A stretch of DNA of 64,000 bases from Anaerolineae bacterium (lineage in GTDB: Bacteria > Chloroflexota > Anaerolineae > Aggregatilineales > Phototrophicaceae), in NCBI GenBank assembly GCA_033579375.1, contig JAVQVU010000007.1, positions 63,118 through 127,117 of the forward strand, in the 5' to 3' direction. Of the stretch, positions 45,401 through 55,300 are shown in pieces; the stretch's first letter is position 1, and every line of letters starts with the position of its first letter. Made by a program: the position numbers and the translations under genes. The notes below the pieces were generated by a model, which was not told the origin of the DNA, made no database searches, and worked only from the letters and a program-made list of their open reading frames with translations.

Positions 45401-46855
45401 GTGGTTCTTCCCGAACAACTGCTCATCCTGGTGGCGCTCTTCCTCGCCCTGAGCATTATCGCTAGCAAGGTAGCCTCGCGCTCCGGCGTTCCAATTCTAC
45501 TGCTGTTTCTGGCATTAGGCATGCTGGCAGGCTCAGATGGGCCTGGCGGAATCTTCTTCGACAACCCCTGGTTGGCGCAGATGGTAGGGGTAGTTGCCCT
45601 GGTGTTGATCCTGTTCTCTGGTGGTCTGGACACACAGTTGAGCGACGTACGCGCTGTGTTGCGGCCTGGCTTGTCACTGGCGACGGTGGGAGTGGTAGTG
45701 ACGGCGTGTAGCGTGGGCATCTTTATGCATCTGACCTTCAGCTTTACGCTTTATGAAGGGATTCTACTAGGGGCGATCATCTCCTCTACTGATGCTGCCG
45801 CCGTCTTGACGTTGCTGCGCGGACGAGGCGTTCACCTCAAATCACGTCTCAAGCCGCTGCTGGAACTAGAGTCGGGTAGCAATGACCCGATGGCCGTCTT
45901 CCTGACCGTCGGCATGATCCAACTCATCCAAAAACCCGATACATCGCCGCTGGTGTTGATCCCGCTGTTCGTGATACAGATGAGCTTAGGGGGGATGGCT
46001 GGCTTCATCATTGGGCGCGGCAGCGCCTGGCTCATCAACCGTCTGCGGCTGGAATACGACGGGTTGTACCCCGTTGTCACTCTGACGGCAGCTCTGCTGG
46101 CTTATTCAGCTACGACCCTCATCGGAGGCAACGGCTTCTTAGCAGTCTACCTAGCTGGTCTACTGATCGGGGATCGCAAGATCATCCACCGCAACAGCTT
46201 GCGCCGCTTCCACGATGGTTTGGCCTGGCTGGCACAGATTGCCATGTTCCTCACGTTAGGTTTGCAGGTCTACCCCTCGCGCCTGCCACCCGTTGTTGAG
46301 GAAGGACTGATCGTGGCTCTATTTCTCATTTTCGTGGCTCGCCCCCTGAGCATTGGCGTGGCGCTGCTGGCTTCGCGTCGCCTGAACTGGCGCAAGCGTC
46401 TATTTGTGGCCTGGGTAGGACTGCGTGGCGCTGCCCCTATCATCCTGGCCACCTTCCCCCTGCTAGCCGGCTTACAGCGCGCCGATGAAATCTTCCATTT
46501 GGTGTTCTTCATCGTCTTGACATCTGTCACCATTCAGGGGATGAGCCTGAGTTGGGTGGCGCGCCTGCTGCGCGTCCACGCCCCAGCGCCACCTCCTACC
46601 GCCAGCCTGGCCAAAGCCCTGGAAGACGAGCGCTTGACCGACAACATTCTAGAATTAGTCGTGCGGCCCAACTGCAGCGTGGTAGGCAAGCAGCTCTTGG
46701 ACTTGAAGCTGCCCAGAGGAGTACTGGTCGTGCTGATCGGCCGAGGCCGCGAGACTATCATCCCCAACGGTGGCACGCTGCTAGAGGCAGGCGACCTGGT
46801 GCTGTTGGTCGCCCAAGTGGAGGAGCGAGCCAAAGTCGAGGCGCTGTTCTCCTGA
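45401..46855 (+). CDS. K+/H+ (CPA1/NhaP2-type) antiporter with a C-terminal TrkA-C domain
   Basis: GTG start. About 12 TM helices, with SGSNDP and LRGAAPI blocks. The C-terminal RCK_C-like segment reads VVRPNCSVVGKQLLDLKLPRGVLVVLIGR. Confidence 0.85.
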   Translation: MVLPEQLLILVALFLALSIIASKVASRSGVPILLLFLALGMLAGSDGPGGIFFDNPWLAQMVGVVALVLILFSGGLDTQLSDVRAVLRPGLSLATVGVVVTACSVGIFMHLTFSFTLYEGILLGAIISSTDAAAVLTLLRGRGVHLKSRLKPLLELESGSNDPMAVFLTVGMIQLIQKPDTSPLVLIPLFVIQMSLGGMAGFIIGRGSAWLINRLRLEYDGLYPVVTLTAALLAYSATTLIGGNGFLAVYLAGLLIGDRKIIHRNSLRRFHDGLAWLAQIAMFLTLGLQVYPSRLPPVVEEGLIVALFLIFVARPLSIGVALLASRRLNWRKRLFVAWVGLRGAAPIILATFPLLAGLQRADEIFHLVFFIVLTSVTIQGMSLSWVARLLRVHAPAPPPTASLAKALEDERLTDNILELVVRPNCSVVGKQLLDLKLPRGVLVVLIGRGRETIIPNGGTLLEAGDLVLLVAQVEERAKVEALFS

Positions 46856-46857
46856 AG

Positions 46858-47760
46858 TTAAAGGATGCGCTTGCCCAGCAGGCTGGCCAACAGCTCCGCC
46901 GCAATGATGGCAGTACGATTGGCCACGTCCAGGATGGGATTGATCTCTACCACGTCCACGCTGCCCACCTTGCCGCTATCGGCTAGAATTTCCATCAGCA
47001 GATGAGCTTCGCGGTAGCTTAGGCCGCCGTCCACTGGCGTCCCCACGCCAGGGGCAATCTGCGGCTCACACGAGTCCAAGTCCAGGCTGACGTGCAAATA
47101 ATCACAATCGGCAAATTGAGCCAAGATGTTGTGAGCGACGCTGCTCATGCCGTGTTCGTCTACCGTACGGATTGTGTGGACGTTGATGCCGCTATCCAGC
47201 AGACGCAGGCGTTCATGCGGGTCAACATCGCGCACCCCCACCATCGCCACCTGGCATGGCTTGAGCTTAGGCTGCGAGCCGCCAATGACGGTCAGCTCAT
47301 GCGGGCCGTCGCCTAGCAGCACTGCAAGCACCATGCCATGAATGTTGCCACTGGGCGACGTTTCGGGCGTGTTGAAATCGGCATGAGCATCCACCCACAG
47401 CACACCAATCTTGCCACGCTGATGAATAGCGCTCACGGTGCCAATGCTTATGCTGTGATCGCCTCCCAGAAAGACGCCAATTTCATCGGGCTGAAGCTGC
47501 TGGTGAATGCGGTCGTAGGCTGCGCGACAAATCTGAGCCACTTGAGGCAAATAATGCACGCGAACGGAGTCGTTGTAACTGTCGAGGACTTCTTCCTGCT
47601 GAGACACTTCCACATTGCCGCTGTCGCAGACGGCATAGCCTAAGCTCTCCAGTTTTTCTTGGAGGCCCGCATAGCGAATGGCGCTCGGCCCCATGTCCAC
47701 GCCACGCCGCTTCTGCCCCATGTCCATCGGCACGCCGAAGATACGTATCTTGTTGCGCAT
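46858..47760 (-). CDS. rocF: arginase (ureohydrolase family)
   Basis: Mn-binding motifs GGDHSISIG, DAHADFNTPETSPSGNIHGM and SLDLDSCEP. Confidence 0.85.
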   Translation of the reverse strand: MRNKIRIFGVPMDMGQKRRGVDMGPSAIRYAGLQEKLESLGYAVCDSGNVEVSQQEEVLDSYNDSVRVHYLPQVAQICRAAYDRIHQQLQPDEIGVFLGGDHSISIGTVSAIHQRGKIGVLWVDAHADFNTPETSPSGNIHGMVLAVLLGDGPHELTVIGGSQPKLKPCQVAMVGVRDVDPHERLRLLDSGINVHTIRTVDEHGMSSVAHNILAQFADCDYLHVSLDLDSCEPQIAPGVGTPVDGGLSYREAHLLMEILADSGKVGSVDVVEINPILDVANRTAIIAAELLASLLGKRIL

Positions 47761-47985
47761 AAGCTAGCAACCTTTCAGCACGGAGAAGATGATCTCTAGT
47801 TGTGCCTATCATGTGCTGAGAGAGAGGCTTTGGCAAGCAGCAGATGCTCTTTGTACTCTCGCATAATATACTCCGCACAGGTGGGTTTAGAGAAGCTCAA
47901 AGATGATGAGCGGTTAGGCAATTTTGGTCGTCTGGCCCTCAAACCATCAGGCGACAAATCCAACTCAGCGTAAAAATCACATTAG

Positions 47986-48031
47986 AAACGGACATCAGTC
48001 CGTTTGTGAGGTAACGGCCCGCGTGTAGAAT
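47986..48031 (+). promoter_or_regulatory. perfect 8-bp-arm palindrome overlapping a putative promoter of the dioxygenase/esterase pair
   Basis: AAACGGAC-ATCA-GTCCGTTT lies at 47986-48005. It is followed by TTGTGA (48004-48009), a 16-nt spacer and TAGAAT (48026-48031). Confidence 0.3.
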
Positions 48032-48082
48032 GCGTCTATAGGCACGAATGACCTATCAACTACCACATGAGGGCAAACGACC

Positions 48083-49177
48083 ATGAACATCCTGGGACTG
48101 CACCACATCACGCTGGTGAGCAGCGACGCCCAGCGCACCACTAATTTTTACGTGGGCATGCTAGGCCTGCGCATGATTAAGCAGACAGTCAACTTCGATG
48201 ACCCCGGCTCGTATCACATCTATTTTGGCGACGACAACGGCACGCCTGGCAGCGCCATCACCTTCTTTGAATGGCGCAATGCACCTAAAGGACGCGATGG
48301 TATTGGCGGGACACACCACTTTGCCCTGACAGTAGCCGACGAGGTGGGCCTGCTGAAGTGGAAGCGCCGCCTGAACGACTTGGGAATCAAAGCCGATGGG
48401 CCATATGATCGGCACTACTTCAAGAGCATTTACTTCCGCGACCCTGATGGCGTGCTGGTGGAGATTGCCACCAGCGGGCCAGGCTGGACGGTGGACGAAG
48501 CCGCTGACGCACTAGGCCTTGTCCACCAAATCCCTCCTGCTCAGATGCTGCGCGCCAACCGCGACGCTGAGGCCATCGCGCGCACCACTTGGGCTGAGCC
48601 TGTGCCAACGATCACTGCCGACATGAAGCTAGCTTTCGGCATACATCACATCACCGCCATCAGCTCCGATATTGGCCGCACCCACGACTTTTTCGGGAAT
48701 GTACTAGGCATGCGCCGCGTCAAAATGACCGACAACTTCGACATGCCCGACTCAGCTCATTGGTACTGGGGCATCGGCGAAGGTAAGCCTGGCACGCTCA
48801 TCACCTACTTTGATTGGGGTAATTTTCCCAACGCGCGCCGCGCCCAGATAGGTGCCGGTCTGACGCACCATTTCGCCCTAGCTGTGCAGGACGAGGCCGA
48901 ACAGGCTCAGTGGCGCACGCGCCTGAGCGATGCTGGCTATCGCGTGTCGCCCATCATGAACCGTATGTACTTCCGCAGCATTTACACCAACGATCCAGAC
49001 GGCCACATCGTTGAACTTGCTACGATGGGGCCGGGCTTCAGTTGGGATGAAGGTGACGAGTCGATGGGGACAGCGCTCATGCTGCCACCCTGGTTAGAAC
49101 AGCACCGCGCGCTGATCGCACAGAACCTCAGGCCGCTGACTATCCCCCAGCCCTATGTAGTCGGCGAAGACCGCTGA
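48083..49177 (+). CDS. two-domain VOC-family ring-cleaving dioxygenase (MhqA/MhqO-like)
   Basis: The glyoxalase/VOC module is duplicated (LGLHHITLVSSD... and FGIHHITAISSD...). Metal ligands are in HHF and E contexts. Confidence 0.75.
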   Translation: MNILGLHHITLVSSDAQRTTNFYVGMLGLRMIKQTVNFDDPGSYHIYFGDDNGTPGSAITFFEWRNAPKGRDGIGGTHHFALTVADEVGLLKWKRRLNDLGIKADGPYDRHYFKSIYFRDPDGVLVEIATSGPGWTVDEAADALGLVHQIPPAQMLRANRDAEAIARTTWAEPVPTITADMKLAFGIHHITAISSDIGRTHDFFGNVLGMRRVKMTDNFDMPDSAHWYWGIGEGKPGTLITYFDWGNFPNARRAQIGAGLTHHFALAVQDEAEQAQWRTRLSDAGYRVSPIMNRMYFRSIYTNDPDGHIVELATMGPGFSWDEGDESMGTALMLPPWLEQHRALIAQNLRPLTIPQPYVVGEDR

Positions 49178-49190
49178 AGGAGAAGCTGAG

Positions 49191-49832
49191 ATGGCAACGC
49201 CGATGATTCATCAGACCATGCCCGTACTGCACATAGGGGCGCCGCTGGAACAGGCTAAGCATGTCATGATCCTGGTACATGGACGCGGTGCAGGTGCTGG
49301 CAGCATGATCCCGCTTGCAGAGTATCTGTCACAAAAAGATTGGGCTTTCCTTGTGCCACAGGCTGCTGAGAATACCTGGTATCCGCAGCGCTTCATCATG
49401 CCGCGCCGCAGTAACGAGCCTTATCTGTCTTCGGCCCTGGCAATCCTCGATCAGACAGTTCAAAAGGCGCAGGCCTTTGTTGGATTGGAGCATATCATGC
49501 TGCTAGGCTTTTCACAGGGAGCATGCTTAACCCTCGAATACGCTGCGCGCCACCCGCAACCTTATGGCGGGGTGGTAGCGCTCAGCGGTGGCCTCATCGG
49601 CACAGATGAGGAACTAACAGGGTATGAGGACAATGCACTGGCAGGCGTGCCAATCTTCCTGGGTTGCAGCGACACCGATTGGCATATTCCACTAGAGCGC
49701 GTGCAGCGCTCCACCCAAATTTTACGACAGATGGGCGCAAAAGTGGATGAGCGCATCTACCCTGGCATGGATCACACCATCAACCGAGATGAGGTAGACG
49801 CCGTGCGCGCCATCATGACCAGTCTGCGCTGA
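49191..49832 (+). CDS. alpha/beta hydrolase, phospholipase/carboxylesterase family (MhqD-like)
   Basis: GFSQGA nucleophile elbow. The 213-aa size and the position after a VOC dioxygenase match the B. subtilis mhq genes. Confidence 0.75.
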   Translation: MATPMIHQTMPVLHIGAPLEQAKHVMILVHGRGAGAGSMIPLAEYLSQKDWAFLVPQAAENTWYPQRFIMPRRSNEPYLSSALAILDQTVQKAQAFVGLEHIMLLGFSQGACLTLEYAARHPQPYGGVVALSGGLIGTDEELTGYEDNALAGVPIFLGCSDTDWHIPLERVQRSTQILRQMGAKVDERIYPGMDHTINRDEVDAVRAIMTSLR

Positions 49833-49859
49833 AGCCAGACAGGGACTTGCGTCCCTACC

Positions 49860-49888
49860 TGCACAACCAGGCCAGAGTGCTGTATAAT
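49860..49888 (+). promoter_or_regulatory. putative sigma70-type promoter for the FtsB-like gene
   Basis: TGCACA (49860-49865), 17-nt spacer, TATAAT (49883-49888). Confidence 0.35.
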
Positions 49889-49957
49889 TTCGAGCGATGG
49901 CAGTCCGCACGACAGAGACTTATGCAGCCCTCTCGGCCTGACTCTACTCAAGGTTAA

Positions 49958-50395
49958 ATGCCCTTCACTACAGACGAGCAACCCGCTCGTACCATCAGCG
50001 GCACACAAGTCATGTTCGCAGTCATCGTGGCGCTGGCCCTCATGCTGACCGTCAACTTCAGCGGGCGCGTGTCCGCAGATCGTCAGCTGCGCGCCATTCG
50101 CGACACGGTGCTACGCGAGATCGACCTGCTCAAGCGCGAACAAGGTGAACTCATCGCACGCCTGGCTTACGTTCAGAGCGATGCTTATGTGAGCGATTGG
50201 GCGCGCAGCGAAGCTAAAATGGTGCGCGACGGTGAAGTGCTGATCCTGCCTGTCCCCATGAGCGCAACTTCAGCAGAGGATGACCAGCCTGCTGTGACTG
50301 AGTTTGCACCACCGCAAACGCGCCAGCAACAGCCAGAAAACTGGCAACTATGGTGGGCGTTGTTCTTCGACAGCCCGCCCCCCGTCCTCAATTAA
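49958..50395 (+). CDS. septum formation initiator (FtsB/DivIC-like) protein
   Basis: A single N-terminal TM segment (VMFAVIVALALMLTV) followed by a coiled coil (LREIDLLKREQGELIARL). The end SDAYVSDWARSEAKMVRDGEVLI is typical of FtsB/DivIC. Confidence 0.55.
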   Translation: MPFTTDEQPARTISGTQVMFAVIVALALMLTVNFSGRVSADRQLRAIRDTVLREIDLLKREQGELIARLAYVQSDAYVSDWARSEAKMVRDGEVLILPVPMSATSAEDDQPAVTEFAPPQTRQQQPENWQLWWALFFDSPPPVLN

Positions 50396-50401
50396 GCAAG
50401 C

Positions 50402-51481
50402 TTAATCACTGGGTAACTCATCGCGCAGAAAACGGGGCTGTGCGCCTAGCAGCTCACCCACGTGCGCCGTCGTACGCGCCTCCCCCACCAGCACAACAGA
50501 CGCTTCCTGGCTCAGCAGGCTCGTCTTGACGACACCCATCGCGTAAATCTGGCCATCGGGGGCTGTGACAGCGCTTGTCAGCGTCCCAACAGACTGACCC
50601 TCTGGCGTAGACAGGGCGGCAGGCGCTTGGACAGGCGCTTCAGGATGAAGACGCACCAGAGTGCGCGCTAGCTTGGCGCGGCTCTCCATGCGCGCAATGA
50701 CCTCCTGCCCCGTGTAGCAACCCTTGTGGAAGCTCACTTCGTCCCACAGGCCCAGCTCTAGCGGAATGTACTCTTCATTGAGTTCTGGCAGGCCAGGCAC
50801 GCCAGCGCGAATGCGCAACACATTGTAGAGTAGCGAGCCGGAGGGACGCGCGCCAGCTTCTTGCAAAGCTTCAAAGACGGAAGCCGCACCCTCAGCGGGA
50901 CAGATAATCAGCCAATGTGCGCCACTTAGGGGTTTATTGCGCGCTGCATAGATAACCTGCCCTGCCAGGGTGGTATTCATCCCCCCCAGAGGCGGCAGAG
51001 CAGCGCTATCAGGCAGCAAGCGCGCCATGAGGTCATCAGCTTGTGGGCCGTGCAGGCTGAACTGATGAGTCGTGGAGGTAATGTCTTGAACCTGAACGTC
51101 ATCGTTGAAGAAGATATTGCGCTGGAGATAGCGGGCAAATAGTGCGCCATGCCCCGGCAGAGTCACGCACAGCAGACCGTCAGAGCGATTGTAAGCCGTC
51201 ACTCGCTCTAGAATGCGCGCAGTGGGCGTGGTGAACAACGTAGGTTGGCCCTGGTCAGGCGCGAGTTTGAGCATATGGTTGGTGGACATGCGGTTGAGCA
51301 GCTCGTGACGCTGGCTGCCCATCACCAGCACGCGACCCTCGTGACTGCGATCCAGCAGCACTACTGCGCTCAGCGCGGTTTGATATTCGACTGCCAAATC
51401 GCCAAAATCCAGCGGAATGCCGTCTTGTGCCAAGCGCGCACCGTGCTGCTGATACCGTTCTCTGAGCAAACTTTGAGACAT
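50402..51481 (-). CDS. folate-binding YgfZ/GcvT-family protein
   Basis: KGCYTGQEVIARMESRAKLARTL is the signature block of YgfZ-type aminomethyltransferase-fold proteins. Confidence 0.8.
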   Translation of the reverse strand: MSQSLLRERYQQHGARLAQDGIPLDFGDLAVEYQTALSAVVLLDRSHEGRVLVMGSQRHELLNRMSTNHMLKLAPDQGQPTLFTTPTARILERVTAYNRSDGLLCVTLPGHGALFARYLQRNIFFNDDVQVQDITSTTHQFSLHGPQADDLMARLLPDSAALPPLGGMNTTLAGQVIYAARNKPLSGAHWLIICPAEGAASVFEALQEAGARPSGSLLYNVLRIRAGVPGLPELNEEYIPLELGLWDEVSFHKGCYTGQEVIARMESRAKLARTLVRLHPEAPVQAPAALSTPEGQSVGTLTSAVTAPDGQIYAMGVVKTSLLSQEASVVLVGEARTTAHVGELLGAQPRFLRDELPSD

Positions 51482-51503
51482 AAGCGCCGTTCTCGCTATG
51501 AAC

Positions 51504-52151
51504 TTAGAGGGTCTGGTGCAGGCGCGCGGTCATGCGCTCCATCACCAAATCGTAAAGGGCTTGTTCGGCGCGCTGGCGGTCGTCGTTGACGATCACGTAA
51601 TCGCAGGAGTCAGCGAAGGGCAGTTCAATCTCTTTGGCGCGCTGCAGGCGAGCTTCTACTCGCGCAGCGTCCATGTCTCCGCGCTTCTCCATGCGCTGGC
51701 GCAAGAGGGCCAGGCGCTCTTCATCGCCGCTGCCAGGCACGGTGATGAAGATCGTCACCGAGTCCTGAGGATAGAATTGGCGCAGAGCCTTCGTGCCAAA
51801 TACATCAATGTCCAGGATCAGGTTGCGGCCCTCTGCCAGCAACGGCTCTATGCTGGCGCGCGGCGTCCCGTAGTAATCCCCACTAGTCACTTCCACGTGT
51901 TCAAACAACTCGTCATCATCGATCATCTGGCGGAAGCGCTCGCGGCTGATGAAGTGGTAGTTAACGCCATCCGTCTCGCCCTGGCGCATGGGACGCGTGG
52001 TAGCCGTGACGACGGGTAGGAGCGCGTGCTGGGGGTCGTCGTGCAAGCGTTCAATCACAGCCTGCATAAGGGTATCTTTGCCCGCTCCACCAGGGCCAAC
52101 GATGAGGAAGAGAAGTCCACGAGGTGCAACGTTGGGCGTTGTCATCATCAA
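51504..52151 (-). CDS. gmk: guanylate kinase
   Basis: P-loop GPGGAGKDTL, plus TTRPMRQGETDGVNYHF and YYGT. Confidence 0.85.
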   Translation of the reverse strand: MMMTTPNVAPRGLLFLIVGPGGAGKDTLMQAVIERLHDDPQHALLPVVTATTRPMRQGETDGVNYHFISRERFRQMIDDDELFEHVEVTSGDYYGTPRASIEPLLAEGRNLILDIDVFGTKALRQFYPQDSVTIFITVPGSGDEERLALLRQRMEKRGDMDAARVEARLQRAKEIELPFADSCDYVIVNDDRQRAEQALYDLVMERMTARLHQTL

Positions 52152-52228
52152 ATACTCGGTTTTCGCTTGCCGATGCCTGCGTTAGTGTAGCAAGTTTGGC
52201 TGCACCAGAACAGGCAAAAGGAGGTCTG

Positions 52229-52260
52229 CAAAAACGAAGCCCCTCTAATTGAGGGGCTTC
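52229..52260 (-). terminator. rho-independent terminator of the giant gene
   Basis: The minus strand reads GAAGCCCCTC-AATTA-GAGGGGCTTC followed by GTTTTTG. It sits 46 nt downstream of the stop at 52306. Confidence 0.65.
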
Positions 52261-52305
52261 ATCAAGTTCTACCTCCGAATTGTCAGGCCTAAAAGGCCGC
52301 GTGCT

Positions 52306-55300
52306 TTACGGATCGACGACCTGGATGTCGGTGAGCCACCAGCTCACCCGATAGTCGAAGTTTGCGCCAGCCGTGTTGTTGGGGTGGACGCTGGCCGTCT
52401 CTTCGGAGAGGCGATCAATGCGGAAGCGCAGCAGCAACGGCACTGAGCCAGGCCCAGCGTACGCCGACAGGTCGTGAGTACGCAGCTGCCAGTCGCCCAT
52501 GTCAGGGGTGTAGGTTGTGCCGCTGATGCGCGGAGAGCTGAAATTGCCTTGTGTCATGCTGAAGCTGATGCGGTTAGGCTGGCCGCCAGCGAAGTAGTCG
52601 AGCTGCAAGACGTGGTGGCCAGGCGGCAGGGTACGGGTGACCGTATGCGTATTCGTACCCTGGAATTCCCAGTCGTCGATTAGCAGACAGCTCGTGCGTT
52701 GCCAGACGGCGCTGGTATCGCCGCGCGTATGGTTGACTTGACCGTTGTTCGGGCCACCGCTGAAGATGTACGTGCCAACAGGATTGTTGTTGTCGCGCCA
52801 CGCGCAGCCTGGTGTGTAGTTGATCCACAGACGGAAGCCATCGTCGCCAGAGACCGTGAACTGATAGGTCGTGTTCACCTGGCTTGGATCAATGAAGATG
52901 CTCTTGAGCCAGCGCACGCTGTAGTTGCTGCTGTTGATCGGCGAGAAAGGATTGGTACTCGACCAGTCGAAGTTCAAGCCAGATTGCAAGCCATCATTAC
53001 GATAACCATTGACGCTGTTGAACGTCGTAATACCAGTCGTTGCTGTCGCGTTCACCGCTAAATTAGGCGTGCCTGTCGGCCTCCAGCCAGCAGACTGCGT
53101 CGGCGCGGTATTCGAGTTATCTGGGAGTGGCGTGTACGCCTTGTAGCCACCCGTCACGCTGAAGTCCAGGCTCGTGTTGTTCCAGTAGTAGCCGTGCCAG
53201 GGGCTAGTAAAGATGCTGGCCGGACGCAGCGCCGTCGTACTGATCGGCCTACCTGACAAGAAGTCCGTCGTCCAGGTGAAGCCGCCATCGACCGATACTT
53301 CAACCTGAACCGCCCCGCCCAACTCGTAGTAGGTATAGTAGTTGAGGACGGGCGCGACGGCCTGCGACAGATCGAGGGCGCTGTTGAGCATCATCGAGTA
53401 GCTGGCGCGTGCCTCTGCGGGGCGCTGCTCGCTGGCCAAGCGACCAGAGCCGACAGGTTGAGCCGCCGTGAACGAGAAGCTGAACGAACCGAGGGAGAGC
53501 TGGACGGAGGCATCGCCGCTGTTTTCGTAGTATTCCATGACGAAGGTATACTGCGTAAAGGCTTCAATGCGCGCCGAGCTGACCGTCGTGGTGCGGGCCT
53601 GATCCTGCCAGTTGTTGACGATGTTCCAGGGCGGGTTGCTGTAGGCCGGCGGATCATCAGGCAGGGCTGGCGGCATGGGCGAGCCATTCGTCTTGAAGTA
53701 GCGCAGGCGCACGCCATCATCCGCGCTGGTGATGAAGCTGTAGCGGCCAGGATTGATGCCGCTGACGGGCGTCGTCAGCGTCCAGCGGTAGGCGAAACGG
53801 TCGGTAATGCGCTCGCCATCGCTGCGGCGCGGGCCGCTGCTGCCCCAGTTCTCGCGAATTTCGGTCACAACACCAGTGTCCCAGCGGTTGGCATTCGTGA
53901 AGTTGTTACCCGACAGAGTGCCGTCTAGCGCGCGGCCAATGCAGACGTTGGTAGCCAAGCTACCGCAGCTCAGCGAGACGCGGTTGGAGCCGCTCGTACC
54001 CCAGTTCCAAATGCTGTACGTCCAGGTGCTGTTCAAGCTGCTCGGACCGCCGCCGCTGCCTCTGAAGACTGCTGGCGTGAGACCCCAATGGCCTTCGCGC
54101 ATCCAGTTGAGGGTATTGCGCGCAGCATCGAAGAAAGTCGTCGTGCCAGTCACCTTGCCAATGCGGATGGTGTTTGGATTGTAGAGCGTCACCTGAACGC
54201 CGTCGATGTACCAACCATCGCGGCGTGCGCCACCGTCCAAAGCATCGGCGATGAAGCGGATACGAATGCGCTGACCATCACGCGTTGTGGTGCGCGCATA
54301 GGGGCTGAGGTCGATCTGTTGGCGCGTCCAGGCATAGTTGCGGCTGTTGGTCGCCTGCCAGACCGTCGTCCATGGCCCCCAGCCCAACTGGCGCTCGTAG
54401 CACTGGCGCATATTGGGGTCGACCACGCTGTTAATCGTGCAACTGATGGGTGCAGGATCTTCAACCGAGATTTGCACCTGGAAGTAATCGGCGTTGCCTG
54501 CGAAGTGGCGCGACCAGAAGTATAAAATGGGACGATCCGTGTTCATCGTGCCGCGCAAGTCGATAATGGTGCGCAGTTGCAGCACATTGAACGTATCCAA
54601 GCGTAGGTCGCCGTTGTTGCCCATCATTGGGCTGGGAATGCTGGCGTTGATGCTGGGCGCGCGGTTGTTCAGATCAGTCGGGACAGTGGACGCCACGTGG
54701 AAGGAATACAGGCCATCGCGCTGCTCCCAGGTGATTGCTTCCCAGTCGCCACCCATCGACCACAGGTTGGGAAACAGAGCAGCGTTGTCGGGGTCTAGGA
54801 ACTCTGTGCCATTGCCCAACGTGTTCGCCGTGTTGTAACGGTTGCGATAGGGCGTGCCGGCAATGCTGTTGCGTGTCTGGCCCGTCGTCCACAAGGCATG
54901 GCTCAGCTCATCGCGCTCTGCAATGCGGATGTTGTCCAAGAAGACACCTTCGTTGCGCGCCGCGCCGTTATTGACCGTCATGCGGAAGCGCAGCATGATG
55001 TCGTCATCAGTGCGGTCGGCGTTGGTACGTGCGTTGGGCGGCAGAGCGTTGAAGATAGGACGCAGATCGACTTCGACCTCTTCCCAGCCAATGCTGAAAC
55101 GCGCGCGATCGCCGTTGGCAGGGATGTTGTTGGCCACTGGCGAGCTGCTGCCCGTGATTGGATTGCCCTGGGCAACGCGCATACCGTCGGCATAAGCCCA
55201 CAAGCCACGCCACTGTGTGCTTGGCTCGCTGCGTAGCTTCCATTCGACTGCCAGCGTCACGCCATTGGAGAACAAGCGCTGGTGCTGGAAGGTCAACACA

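Noticed and set aside
49841-49856. The hairpin AGGGAC-TTGC-GTCCCT after the esterase gene, considered as a terminator.
   Set aside because: The stem is only 6 bp and there is no downstream T-tract. It may still pause transcription, but it is too weak to call.
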